Assembly: GCA_024233835.1 (NCBI GenBank)
Contig: JACKPC010000001.1
Coordinates: 1,349,442-1,413,441, forward strand
Direction of reading: 5' to 3'
Source: Leptospiraceae bacterium
GTDB taxonomy: Bacteria; Spirochaetota; Leptospiria; Leptospirales; Leptospiraceae
Length of the DNA stretch: 64,000 nucleotides
The notes under the pieces are model-generated. The model did no database searches and was not told the DNA's origin. It worked only from the letters and a program-made list of their open reading frames with translations. Shown piece by piece: positions 31,082 to 41,003 of this stretch; position 1 is the first letter of the stretch; every line of letters begins with the position of its first letter. The translations under genes were made by a program, and so were the position numbers.

Positions 31082-33631
31082 TTAGTAGTTTCTTTTCACT
31101 TTGATTTCAGTATCGCTTACACTGACTGCATTAATCGGAGGATCTGTATTCAGGCGGATTTTCAAGCGATTGTCGCCTATCTTTAACCAACTTCTGGAGA
31201 TAGTGATGCTTATAATGCTTCCCCCTGAATATGTTCCGGAGGTGATGCCGTTTCCCGTAGTGTTATCATAGACAGTATACCAGCCCGGGTTTGTAAGACC
31301 CGCTCCATTTGTTTTGCTTATCGTAACAACAAGGTTTCCACTTGCATTGATTACCGAAACAGCTTTGAAAACGTTGCTATCATAAGGCCAGGTTGTCATA
31401 CTTCCGTAGCTTGTAGAGCCTGAGATAATCTCCAAAGCAGACTGTTGCACGCAGGAGTTTCCTGATTGGATGTATCCGCTATTGCAGCCTATCACCGTGC
31501 AGGTGCCCCAATAACTTCCTTGCCAATATTGTTTCCCGGCTCCGTTTGAGATCGAGCAGCTCTTCTCATTCAGAATGCAGGAATCATTTTCCTTGTGGTA
31601 ATTGTAGTAGCAACTTGTGGGAGAACAAACCGAAGACCAGCTTCCCCAGTACCTATCATTACCACAGGTTCTTGTTTGTGAACCACTCCCATTTGCTATC
31701 GAACAGGATTGGCTTTCCTGCTGACCCGGAGTGCAGATCCCATCCTGAGTGCAGACTCCATTTTCAGGGTGGTAACCGCTATTGCAGTTGGTGATACAGG
31801 ATGAGAAATTACCCCATTGCCCATTTGAGGCACAGGTTCTTGATTTCGTGGAAGTACCATTTAAGAGGTAGCCACAACTCTGGGTATCTACCTGCCCGGG
31901 TGAGCAGGCTGCGTCCTGAATGCAAACTCCATTTTCAGGGTGGTAACCACTGTTGCAGTTGGTGATACAGGTTGAGAAATTACCCCATTGCCCATTTGAG
32001 GCACAGGTTCTTGACTTTGTGGAAGTACCATTTAAGAGGTAGCCACAACTCTGGGTATCTACCTGCCCGGGTGAGCAGGCTGCGTCCAAAATGCAGATAT
32101 CATTTTCAAGGTGGTAGCCGGTGTTGCAATTTGGTGCACAGGGAGTGAGTATCCAAATTCCGCTTGTATTGCAGTTCTGGGTTTTTATCATCATGCCATT
32201 CGAAATTGGCTCTTCACAGATAAGAGTTTTCGATTCTCCCGGCTTACAGGGTCCGGGAGGTGTCGTTCCATCACCTGTATCTATGGGTTCTACCGTCAGG
32301 TTGAATAGAGATGAGTTAAAAATGCCGGTTTCTCTATCTCTGAGGTAGAGTTTCCAGTCATTGGCGGGATTAAGATTATTAGGAACATCAAAACTTGCTT
32401 TTCCATTGTTCGAAAGATCTACTTCGTGCCTATAAAAATTTTTATTAGGAACATCACCCTTCTCTGAATCTCTCTTCAGGCTAATTATTACGGAATTAAT
32501 GTTTCCTATGGTATTATAGCTAAGGTTGATTTTTGCCCCTAACTTTACCGAAAGAGTTGTAGTTTCAATTCCGTAAAAGGAGCGGTAGCTTCCGTTTCGG
32601 CTAATAAGACCAATTTTGTCGGGGTCGATGTAGTATTTTTCTATAGAAGCTTTGTCTGCATAGCCCCAGGCCTCATAGTTAAGTGTTGTCTGGATTTTGA
32701 AGTGAAGATGAACACCATACTTGAAAGATATTCGGCTACCTGTTGAACCCATTCTACCGAGAACATCTTGATGACTTACGTTAACACCTACCTTGATTCT
32801 CGGATTAAGCTCAGAGAGGTGCCAGTAGACAAAATAAAGATTTTTCTTTTTCTCTTCGCTGTAGCTTTCCACTACTACAAGGTTACCGAGACCATTATTG
32901 CAACCGGTTTGCGCCCCTTCTTTACAGGAGGAATAGGTTTTGACCACCTTCCCATTGGAAGAAGAGAAGACTTCAGGGTAGACATTTGAATTTACTCGGA
33001 AAGAGTCTCTACCATCGTGGTAGGTTTTGTTTCCCCTGTAATCGTTTAGAAAACCGTTTTCGTTACCGTCATAGTCAGTAGATTTATACTCACCCTCCCG
33101 AAGAGGCTGGTAGAACTCGTCTATCGCTTTGTTGCCGTCATCGAAGACAACCTGAAAACCGCTTTGACTAAGAAGGTTCCTTTCCAGACTTTCCATCTTA
33201 CCATTTTCATCGAGCTTGAACCTTAAAAGACCGAGGTCATATCCGTCTTTTTTCACAAGGTAGATGTTTTCGCCGGTCATGGCTTTCAAGTTTATTTTTT
33301 TGGTATTGCTGCTATTGGCAAGTGTGTTTGGAAGAACTCTTTTTGGGTTTACCGGGTTCACCGTTTGTAATTCCGGAGTAATTATTTGGTTATTTATGTA
33401 GAAGCTTGCTGTTTTAGTGAAAGTTTGTTCTCCCTTTGGAGGTGGAGGTTCGGGATTCGTACCGGGTCCATCCGGAGTATTTGTACCTGTAGCTTTTCCC
33501 GTATCTGAAGTTACTTTTGCGAAGAGTAATTCGAAGAAACCATCCTCTTTTTCATCAGCACAATGGCTGTTGAAAACAATAAGAAGAAGCATTGCTGCTG
33601 TGGTGAGGGTCTTTGTTATTTGACGTTTCAT
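31082..33631 (-). CDS. Secreted M23-family (LytM-like) peptidase with C-terminal tandem Cys-rich modules.
   Basis: Signal peptide. M23 block: VYWHLSELNPRIKVGVNVSHQDVLGRMGSTGSRISFKYGVHLHFKIQ (HxH motif). Then ~57-aa Cys-rich modules follow (CNSGYHPENGVC...CSPGQVDTQSC...TCASNGQWGNFSTC), two of them identical. Confidence 0.75.
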   Translation of the reverse strand: MKRQITKTLTTAAMLLLIVFNSHCADEKEDGFFELLFAKVTSDTGKATGTNTPDGPGTNPEPPPPKGEQTFTKTASFYINNQIITPELQTVNPVNPKRVLPNTLANSSNTKKINLKAMTGENIYLVKKDGYDLGLLRFKLDENGKMESLERNLLSQSGFQVVFDDGNKAIDEFYQPLREGEYKSTDYDGNENGFLNDYRGNKTYHDGRDSFRVNSNVYPEVFSSSNGKVVKTYSSCKEGAQTGCNNGLGNLVVVESYSEEKKKNLYFVYWHLSELNPRIKVGVNVSHQDVLGRMGSTGSRISFKYGVHLHFKIQTTLNYEAWGYADKASIEKYYIDPDKIGLISRNGSYRSFYGIETTTLSVKLGAKINLSYNTIGNINSVIISLKRDSEKGDVPNKNFYRHEVDLSNNGKASFDVPNNLNPANDWKLYLRDRETGIFNSSLFNLTVEPIDTGDGTTPPGPCKPGESKTLICEEPISNGMMIKTQNCNTSGIWILTPCAPNCNTGYHLENDICILDAACSPGQVDTQSCGYLLNGTSTKSRTCASNGQWGNFSTCITNCNSGYHPENGVCIQDAACSPGQVDTQSCGYLLNGTSTKSRTCASNGQWGNFSSCITNCNSGYHPENGVCTQDGICTPGQQESQSCSIANGSGSQTRTCGNDRYWGSWSSVCSPTSCYYNYHKENDSCILNEKSCSISNGAGKQYWQGSYWGTCTVIGCNSGYIQSGNSCVQQSALEIISGSTSYGSMTTWPYDSNVFKAVSVINASGNLVVTISKTNGAGLTNPGWYTVYDNTTGNGITSGTYSGGSIISITISRSWLKIGDNRLKIRLNTDPPINAVSVSDTEIKVKRNY
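31742..32083. repeat. 171-bp near-perfect tandem duplication (2 units plus a degenerate third) encoding Cys-rich modules.
   Basis: Read directly in the sequence (cctga(g/a)tgca(g/a)actccattttcagggtggtaacc... recurs at a 171-bp period). Confidence 0.8.
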
Positions 33632-33769
33632 TTGCTTTTTCTCCTTTACAGGCTTGATAAAGCAAACTTACCATAGTTAATTTCGAAAGTCAACATTAAC
33701 TTATAGCTAATCACATTCTTATATGTAGATTAATTAATAATTAATATTTTATAAATCATTAATTAACAA

Positions 33770-34786
33770 TCAGAATGGATTTGAGTAACTTCTTTCTAAG
33801 ATTTCCCGGGTTTCAGATGAAAGTCCTGATAGAAAACTTTTTACATTCCCTTTTTTATTTATAAGGCAGTTTCTCAGGACTTCTATGCATTCAAGAGAAT
33901 TGCTGGAATTAAGAAAGACAATGTCTTTTTTTTCCGTAAAAAGCTTTAAGATTTCATTGTATCTCTTTTCATTTCTTTCTACCCGAAAGTAACGATTGGT
34001 TTCCGTACAAATGATGTGGTCATGATTCACAAGCCTTGTTATTGGAAAGCCGTAAAAGAAGTTATCGGGTTGATTGGAATGGCTGCTATCTAAAAAATAA
34101 AGTTCTCTTTTATTCCCCGTTTTGAAATAATCCATCATTCTCTTCAAAATCCGAATTTTGGTGTTTTCTGAGTAAAACCTTTCGGCAAACCTTCCGAAAC
34201 CGAATTGCAACAGACTTACTACCGTATAGAATTCCCAGTTGCGTAAATCAGGGTTTTTTCTTAAAACTTCCTGTCTTTCCTCGTCTATACTGTCTTTTTT
34301 GTTATTCTTGACCTTTACTTCCCGGTGCAAGCCTGAAGGAAAAGAATTGCTGATGTAGACTCTACCTTCCACTTCTTCCATTTTATGAAAGAATTTGTTT
34401 ATATCCATACCATTACTCAGTTCTTCTTTGATATAGCGTACTTCACCGGGTATAAAGGGAGTAAACCAATCATTATTGATTGTATTTCTCAACACGATTT
34501 CAGACATGTGCGGATTTTGTAGAGCGGGTTTGACCTGGAGTTCATCGTTTGAGAGAAGCCAGTTCAGATCAATTGTGTAGATTTCTTTTAGCTTGACAAG
34601 AAAGTCGAATGTAGGTAAAGCCGCATGTTCCACGTTCAATATTTGGCTTACCTGGGCTGTAGTTTTTCCCATCTGTTCGGCAAATTGTTTTTGACTTATG
34701 TTTTTATTGTCCAGTATGGTTCTCAATTTCTGAACAAAACTTTTTTTTAAAACCGACTTTACAGATTTTTTTCCATCCTTTTCCAT
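33770..34786 (-). CDS. HTH (XRE-like) domain protein with a C-terminal domain paralogous to 28221-29909.
   Basis: N-terminal helix-turn-helix segment (ISQKQFAEQMGKTTAQVSQILN). C-terminal FPSGLHR / FYGFPITRL / ERNEKRYN blocks. Confidence 0.55.
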   Translation of the reverse strand: MEKDGKKSVKSVLKKSFVQKLRTILDNKNISQKQFAEQMGKTTAQVSQILNVEHAALPTFDFLVKLKEIYTIDLNWLLSNDELQVKPALQNPHMSEIVLRNTINNDWFTPFIPGEVRYIKEELSNGMDINKFFHKMEEVEGRVYISNSFPSGLHREVKVKNNKKDSIDEERQEVLRKNPDLRNWEFYTVVSLLQFGFGRFAERFYSENTKIRILKRMMDYFKTGNKRELYFLDSSHSNQPDNFFYGFPITRLVNHDHIICTETNRYFRVERNEKRYNEILKLFTEKKDIVFLNSSNSLECIEVLRNCLINKKGNVKSFLSGLSSETREILERSYSNPF

Positions 34787-34842
34787 AGTTTTCTTATACC
34801 TGTCTTGTTTTCAGATTGTCAATGATTTAAAAAGCGGGGGCT

Positions 34843-37800
34843 ATGCCGGTGAGTCATTCAAAAGAAATTATCATTCCGAATTGTGATTATACAGAGGAAG
34901 AATATGAGAAAATTAAAAATCGTGTTAAACTCGATAGGGACACCTACAGGGACTTTCGGGATAACTTGCAATTTTTTTGGGAGAGTTATGAACTTGCCAG
35001 AGGTTCGGCGGTTTTAGAAAACCGTGTACGTTTCTTTGGAGAAGGTCTGACAACGGCTCTTGTTTTTCGTTGTGAAGCCCTGATTGAAGGCACAGCCGAG
35101 TCTCATGTCAGGGTGATGAAATATGACATGGCAGAGAACATTGAAAAGGAAATTGAGAATTTTAAGAATACCGTTCATAAAGGAGAAGAAATTTATCCCG
35201 GTCTCGAAGTCATCATAAAGCTTCCCCGTAAAAAAGCGATTCTTCCCATGAAATCAGCAAACGATTCTTCAGGGGCGGATAGTTCCTACAGTGTGATTGA
35301 GTTTCTCTGGCAAAAATATAAGAGTGAGAGAAACCATCTCTTTCACAGGGGAAGCATGATTGCTGAAGCCATTGAACAGGTATACGAAGGTCTATTTCAC
35401 ACATTTTACCGGATTGAAACCGGGCTTCATTTTGTTGAAGGTAAAAGTCTGTATGAGTATTACTATCCCAAGGTTAATCTAAAAAAGTTAAACCCGAAGG
35501 CGGACGAACACAGGTCCTATTTTGAAGCCAGCTGTAAATATTTAGGGGAAGATGTTAGCATCTATGAAACCTTTTTAAACCCGGAGGTTTCCTACCGGCC
35601 TCTTGAAACAGGACATGCCATCCACGGGGACTTAAATCCTTTTAATATTTTACTCGCTGTGAAAAATAAGAAGACAGAAATTCGGCCCATGCTCATTGAC
35701 TTTTTTGAAATTAAGTTTGTTTCAAAGGATGATTGGTGTCCCCTTTTGCATGACTTTGCCCGTCTCGAATCCCAGATTGTTTTTTATTACTTTCATTTTC
35801 TTTACGAAGAAGAGACAGACAAAACGGAAGCGTCCTTTCGACTGCTGTTAAGCGAGTTTGAAAAGCTGATGGTCTTGCTGAATTCAGGAGAATACCGGGC
35901 AATTCAGTCTTCTAAGCCGGAAAATCTAAACTCTGATGCTCTCAAGTATATTTTTAGAATCTTATATTCCTTGCGAAAGTTTGTTATAGAAAATTGTCCT
36001 GATGAAAATATAGAAGAATACTATGCAAACTATATCTATGCTGCCATGTCCTTCTCGTTTTTCTTTTTAAAGTTTACGAGTGAGAACGGCATGGAAATCA
36101 AAAGACATTTTGCTTTAAAGGCTGCTTTTGTACACAGGCGTACTTTAGAAAGCTTAAGTAATTTGAAATTTTTTACTCTCTTCCGGATGAGAAAAGTGGA
36201 CAGACTTTCTATAGACGATTCGCTTTTGAGTTTTTTGGAAGAAGAAAAAGATACTTACCTTCCACCTGAAGATGAGATTGAAGCTATATTAGATTTTTTG
36301 AAGAAAAAAGAAAAACAGTTTTTAATTCTTGAAGGTGTGCCGGGGGTCGGAAAAACGTCTCTTTCCAAATATATGTCACTTTTCTTAAACGCAGAAATCC
36401 CGGAAAAGAGTTTAGAAGTCGATACGTTTTGTCTGCCTTTCTTCTTTGGAAGTGATAAAAATCTCTGTAATGAAAGAGAAATTTACCCTGTATTTTCGAG
36501 GAAGCTTTTAGAGGCCTTTCCTGTCAGGTTGCCTGAGGAACTGGAAAACTCTTTAGACGAATCGAAAAAGTTTTTCAAGATACTGAATCTTGTTTACCAC
36601 GAACACCTGAAAGATAAGAGTCAGCTTATCTTCTGGTTTGATGCTATCAATGAATATGAGGGACTCGAACTCAAGAATGTGATTTCGAATATTTACCCTT
36701 CAGATGTCAGGCTGGTCGTGAGTACCCGTCCCGGTAACGAGAAGCTAAGAAAATTTTTAAAATCCACTAAGCATGAGTATATGGAGATAAAGCATTTCTC
36801 GGAAACCGAACTTATTCATTTCTTTGAAAGAAACGAAATGAACCTGGAGGAAGATGTATACAGGCTTATCTTTCAAAGAACAGGGGGCTTACAGGTTGCG
36901 GTAAAAGTAATCTATGAAATGCTTCTCGAAGAAGAGGGAAAACCCGCCAAGTTACATAAGGAAACTTTGAAGGAGGATTTACAAAACTTGCATGTAAGCG
37001 AGGACGACTACAGCGGTCTCTATGAGTTCTATTTGAAAATTAATGAGAATATCAGGGCTAAGTCTGGGGAAAAAGATATAGCGAAAAGGCTCCTTTTAAC
37101 ATTAAGTCTCGCCCATTCTCCCTTGAGTATTGAACAGCTTTATAGGATTAATCTTCATTCTCTCAAAGCAAAGCTTTCGGAATTTGAAGAGGATGCTCTC
37201 GACGAGTTAAGATCCGAGCTTCAAAAAATATCCGAAATTGTATTGAAGGATGAGAGTGGAAGATATCGTTTGTTTCATCCGACTTTTGAAGAGTTCCTGA
37301 GAGAGAAGTATAAGCAGAGCCTTGAAAAGGTTATCGAAGGCTTCTGTGCGTATTTACTATCCTATGCGGATTATCCCGAAGGGACTAAAGACTTCCTGTA
37401 TTGTATACAATTTGGCGGTGTTCATCTCTACGAATGGGCTGAAAAATACGGAGAAAGATACAAAGAGGCCTTGCATACCTTATTTCTTTCGGTTCTTAAC
37501 CTGGAGGAAGAACAGCATAAAATATGGAAGAAAATGCTCGGCGAATCCGGGTATTTTATTGTTTTACACCGGAACTGGAAAGAGGAATTCATATTTAAGA
37601 ATCTTCTGAGTTCTTTAAAGACCCGGGGTTTATCTTCTCAGGCTAAATATCAATTTGCAGAATTATTGGGAAGTATGGGAAAGAGAGTTGAGGACTTTGG
37701 TTTTAAATCAAGCTGGTCTTTGTTCTATTTTGAAGACTCTCTGAATATTAGGAAAGAATTAATAGCCTTAGAACCCGATAGAACCGATTTCAAAAGAGAC

Positions 37801-38100
37801 TATGCGAGTTCGCTCTTCTTTTTAAGCTTCCTTCTATACGAAGCCGGTGAGAATGAAAAAGGGACAATCAAGACAGAAGAAGCCCTTATGATAGCTGAAT
37901 CGCTGTTGCAAAAGGAACCGGAACACATCAAGTCTGCTATACTTCTCTTCGGTTTTTATGTCCGGCTTTTTTCTCTCTCAAAAGAAAATGAGTTTTTAAG
38001 TAAAGCCTTACAAACCCTACAGCCTTTTTATGAAGCAGAAAGGCTTCCTCAGGAATTTTTAGAGCTTTATGAAACCTTGAAAAAAGAACTGGAAACTTGA
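34843..38100 (+). CDS. Kinase-like / NACHT (STAND) NTPase / helical-repeat protein, paralog A (1085 aa).
   Basis: The N-terminus has a Gly-rich segment (FGEGLTTALVFRCE) plus Lys (VMKYD), a catalytic-loop-like HGDLNPFNILL and an IDFFE (DFG-like) motif, as in the APH/choline-kinase/ePK fold. The middle has Walker A (GVPGVGKTS), Walker B (LIFWFDAINE) and a NACHT-like VVSTRPGN. The C-terminus is helical TPR-like. Confidence 0.75.
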   Translation: MPVSHSKEIIIPNCDYTEEEYEKIKNRVKLDRDTYRDFRDNLQFFWESYELARGSAVLENRVRFFGEGLTTALVFRCEALIEGTAESHVRVMKYDMAENIEKEIENFKNTVHKGEEIYPGLEVIIKLPRKKAILPMKSANDSSGADSSYSVIEFLWQKYKSERNHLFHRGSMIAEAIEQVYEGLFHTFYRIETGLHFVEGKSLYEYYYPKVNLKKLNPKADEHRSYFEASCKYLGEDVSIYETFLNPEVSYRPLETGHAIHGDLNPFNILLAVKNKKTEIRPMLIDFFEIKFVSKDDWCPLLHDFARLESQIVFYYFHFLYEEETDKTEASFRLLLSEFEKLMVLLNSGEYRAIQSSKPENLNSDALKYIFRILYSLRKFVIENCPDENIEEYYANYIYAAMSFSFFFLKFTSENGMEIKRHFALKAAFVHRRTLESLSNLKFFTLFRMRKVDRLSIDDSLLSFLEEEKDTYLPPEDEIEAILDFLKKKEKQFLILEGVPGVGKTSLSKYMSLFLNAEIPEKSLEVDTFCLPFFFGSDKNLCNEREIYPVFSRKLLEAFPVRLPEELENSLDESKKFFKILNLVYHEHLKDKSQLIFWFDAINEYEGLELKNVISNIYPSDVRLVVSTRPGNEKLRKFLKSTKHEYMEIKHFSETELIHFFERNEMNLEEDVYRLIFQRTGGLQVAVKVIYEMLLEEEGKPAKLHKETLKEDLQNLHVSEDDYSGLYEFYLKINENIRAKSGEKDIAKRLLLTLSLAHSPLSIEQLYRINLHSLKAKLSEFEEDALDELRSELQKISEIVLKDESGRYRLFHPTFEEFLREKYKQSLEKVIEGFCAYLLSYADYPEGTKDFLYCIQFGGVHLYEWAEKYGERYKEALHTLFLSVLNLEEEQHKIWKKMLGESGYFIVLHRNWKEEFIFKNLLSSLKTRGLSSQAKYQFAELLGSMGKRVEDFGFKSSWSLFYFEDSLNIRKELIALEPDRTDFKRDYASSLFFLSFLLYEAGENEKGTIKTEEALMIAESLLQKEPEHIKSAILLFGFYVRLFSLSKENEFLSKALQTLQPFYEAERLPQEFLELYETLKKELET

Positions 38101-38111
38101 AGAGATGCAAG

Positions 38112-39032
38112 TTATTGTCCGAGTCTAAAAAAGTTTCTGTCGGAACACAGGTAAATAAACTCAAAGAGTTCCAATAAATCCAAATTTTCCTGAGTGATTT
38201 CTCTTTCCGGGTAGAGAATAATATCCACCCCGGTTTCCTGTAAATCTTTTAGTACCTGCAAGGGGCTATTCTTAAAATAAGGATGGGCTGGTTCCCAATT
38301 CACACAGACAAGGCCTCCCTGATTCTGGATGTCCTGCACCCATTCTTCTTTGTTTAGAGGAATATCTGAATTTTTTAATATACTACTATATCTTAGTGCT
38401 GGCTCAGGGTTACTCAGCATAAAACTTTTGGAATGTAAAAGTTCTTTTTGTAAAATCATATCCTCTTGTTTCTCTGTATGCCTGCTATTGTACACTTCCC
38501 AGGCTTTTTTTACCGGAAGCCCGATAGTAATCGTTTTATCGGAATAGCTTAGCTTACTTTCCGGTAAATCCTCTGTGTTCAAAATCGAATATAGGTCTTT
38601 TTTGGGTACAAGGATATTCTCACCTGATTTCGTAAAAAACTCTTCCGCCTCTTTTTCCGAAGCCAAAAGACGTTCTGGAAAATCTTTCTCCCGAAAAAGT
38701 AAGTTTACCAGGAAAAACTTGAAGATGTATAGGGTCTGATATACTTTTCCATCCCGTATGGTCTCTGCCTCCCAGAGAATACGGTTTGAATGCAGGGTTT
38801 TTAGTTTGAAATCAATCAAATAACGCAGGCCCGGAAGTTCTTCCTGAACTTCTCGAATACAGGTATTTTTAATGGAATAATCATCGAGTTCTCTTTCATA
38901 GTGTCCGCTGATGATGTTATAGCGTTCGTATCTCCGGTTGTATTGCAGCAATAATTTGTCTCCTACAAACAAAAGAACCCCGGCACCAATGCTGATTCGA
39001 TTTATCATGTTTTCCTCAATTTGTCGTTTCAT
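38112..39032 (-). CDS. Hypothetical protein with a divergent Nudix-like N-terminal domain.
   Basis: GAGVLLFVGDKLLLQYNRR...SGHYERELDDYSIKNTCIREVQEELPG resembles the Nudix box (REx2EE). It is not an exact match. Confidence 0.4.
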   Translation of the reverse strand: MKRQIEENMINRISIGAGVLLFVGDKLLLQYNRRYERYNIISGHYERELDDYSIKNTCIREVQEELPGLRYLIDFKLKTLHSNRILWEAETIRDGKVYQTLYIFKFFLVNLLFREKDFPERLLASEKEAEEFFTKSGENILVPKKDLYSILNTEDLPESKLSYSDKTITIGLPVKKAWEVYNSRHTEKQEDMILQKELLHSKSFMLSNPEPALRYSSILKNSDIPLNKEEWVQDIQNQGGLVCVNWEPAHPYFKNSPLQVLKDLQETGVDIILYPEREITQENLDLLELFEFIYLCSDRNFFRLGQ

Positions 39033-39176
39033 GTTATTTCATTAAAAGGGGCTGTCTCAAAAGTCGTTTCGATACACCATCGGATATCGAACTGGAGTTG
39101 CCGATCCCTGAGTAGGTCAAAGACCGTATCGAAGAGCGGCAACCTATAGAAGACAGTCCCGTTTTCACTTACCTTT

Positions 39177-41003
39177 TTAAAACCTTCCTATTACTTTGAA
39201 AGGATATTTTGAGAACGTTTTTGAACCTTCACAAACGGAATTTGCGTCGGCTATGGTTTTTAACCTGTAGCACTTGGTTTGTCCGTCTGTTCCGGGGCGT
39301 AAGTAAGCATAGGGAAAAGAGCCGGCTCCGTACGAGTTAGTTGAAACATAGCTTCCTACTAATTCCGGATCGCTTGTGCTGTAGTAGCAGGAGGTTTCAT
39401 AGACCTTAATGACTCCCGGACATTTCACCCCGGTACCATCGAGCTTTTTCAATTCTACCAGGACATGAAGCAGGTAATCATTTTCTGCTGTATAGTATCT
39501 TCCGGCGATAGTATTTTCTACTGACTCATAAGCATATACAGTCGAGTCTGATGTAACGCTGATGTCCTGACATTTATTTGATAGTGTATCATGAAATAAG
39601 CCGGACTGGCAGGAAGAGATTACACATTTTGTACCGCTTATCCAGCTCATACCGTCGGAAGAACAGGTATCGGTTCTATAGGCGGAGCTGGCGTATTTCG
39701 CAGAACAGCTTACCTGTTTTGTAGAGCCGGGAGTGCAAATCTTCTTTAACTGACAGCTTCCATTTACAATTTCACGTCCGCTATCACAGCTAAGTACCTG
39801 ACAGGATGTCTGGCTGCTATAGGCACTGCCGGTGGAGTTACAGGTTTTTGTGTAGCTTCCGGTTCCGTAGGGAACATAACAGGAAAAACTTGTAGTAGAG
39901 TTCGGCGTGCAGACCCAGGGGTAGCAAAACCCTCCTGAAAGGTAATGTCCTGTATTACATGAATCTAATATACAATTTCCCCAGCTTCCATTAGACCAGC
40001 TCATGGTTCCTGTTCCGTTCGAGCCCGAACAGGCTTTTGTGTTCGGCAGACACTGGTTATTTTCTTCATGTGTGTTTAAGGGACAGACTAACTCGTTTTT
40101 AACACAGGTATTATTTGACTCGTGGCTATCCAGGGGACAGGTTATCGTAAACGAGCAGTTTGCTACATTAGAAATCTGACCGCTTGCATTTTTAACTGTG
40201 TAGGTAAACGATGTGGTGCCGGCAAAATTAGCCTGTGCGGTAAAGATTCCATTTGCCTGGTTATAGCTTCCCTTGAGTCCGGCTGTATTGACAGAAGCAA
40301 TACTCAATCCGGAAGATGGTGTATCATTTGCTAATATATTCGTTGATACAGAGCTGTTATAGGCTATTGTGTAGGTATCATTATTTGCCACGGGTGGATT
40401 CGTTCCGGTTCCGGTTCCGGTTCCGGTTCCGGTTCCTGTTCCTGTTCCTGTTCCTGTTCCTGTTCCTGTTCCTGTTCCAGTTCCTGTGCCGGTTCCTGTG
40501 CCTGTTCCACCTTTTACCGGAGTTTCATCATACGATTCTCCTCCGACCGGTGGAATATAAGACGGAATTTTGATTGAAATAAAACTCAGGTTCTTACTCC
40601 GGTCTTCTGCAACAAGAGTAATGTAGTCTCCCGGCTTTAGCTTATCTAAAGGAACTTTTCCAAACATTTTCCCGGAGAGAATCGTATTCTTTTCTATAAG
40701 CGTCCTGAGTTCCTGTGTCGATTTGGGTTCATCGGAAGTTTTGAGTATTATCTCCCGAATGTCTTCTTTCTTTGTAAGATCATCCGTGACTTCCGGCACA
40801 GTAAGAATTCCGCTCGTGGCTGAATCTGCCTTGTAAGTCAAAACTCCAGCAAATTTAGGTGCTACTGTATCCGGCTTTGCACAGGGTCCCGTTTGAGACA
40901 GAACGCAAGAATGAATAAATGTATTTGCCAAATCTTCTTTCTTCTCTCCCGGACAGTTCAAAAAGAAGAAAGGAACTATCAATAAAACGATTGACTTTTT
41001 CAT
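39177..41003 (-). CDS. Lipoprotein with (GT)19 dipeptide-repeat linker and Cys-rich C-terminal modules.
   Basis: Lipobox (LLIVPFFFLNCPG). Its N-domain is paralogous to the 24281-26335 lipoprotein. Its C-terminal Cys-rich modules are homologous to those of the M23 peptidase (CNTGHYLSGGFC..CTPGSTKQVSC..). Confidence 0.7.
   Translation of the reverse strand: MKKSIVLLIVPFFFLNCPGEKKEDLANTFIHSCVLSQTGPCAKPDTVAPKFAGVLTYKADSATSGILTVPEVTDDLTKKEDIREIILKTSDEPKSTQELRTLIEKNTILSGKMFGKVPLDKLKPGDYITLVAEDRSKNLSFISIKIPSYIPPVGGESYDETPVKGGTGTGTGTGTGTGTGTGTGTGTGTGTGTGTGTGTGTNPPVANNDTYTIAYNSSVSTNILANDTPSSGLSIASVNTAGLKGSYNQANGIFTAQANFAGTTSFTYTVKNASGQISNVANCSFTITCPLDSHESNNTCVKNELVCPLNTHEENNQCLPNTKACSGSNGTGTMSWSNGSWGNCILDSCNTGHYLSGGFCYPWVCTPNSTTSFSCYVPYGTGSYTKTCNSTGSAYSSQTSCQVLSCDSGREIVNGSCQLKKICTPGSTKQVSCSAKYASSAYRTDTCSSDGMSWISGTKCVISSCQSGLFHDTLSNKCQDISVTSDSTVYAYESVENTIAGRYYTAENDYLLHVLVELKKLDGTGVKCPGVIKVYETSCYYSTSDPELVGSYVSTNSYGAGSFPYAYLRPGTDGQTKCYRLKTIADANSVCEGSKTFSKYPFKVIGRF
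40399..40512. repeat. Hexanucleotide tandem repeat (ggttcc/tgttcc-type, 19 units) encoding (GT)19.
   Basis: Read directly in the sequence. Confidence 0.9.

Noticed and set aside
40316-40573. Plus-strand ORF encoding an FRFRFRFLFLFLF peptide.
   Set aside because: It is the antisense reading of the (GT)19 hexanucleotide repeat.
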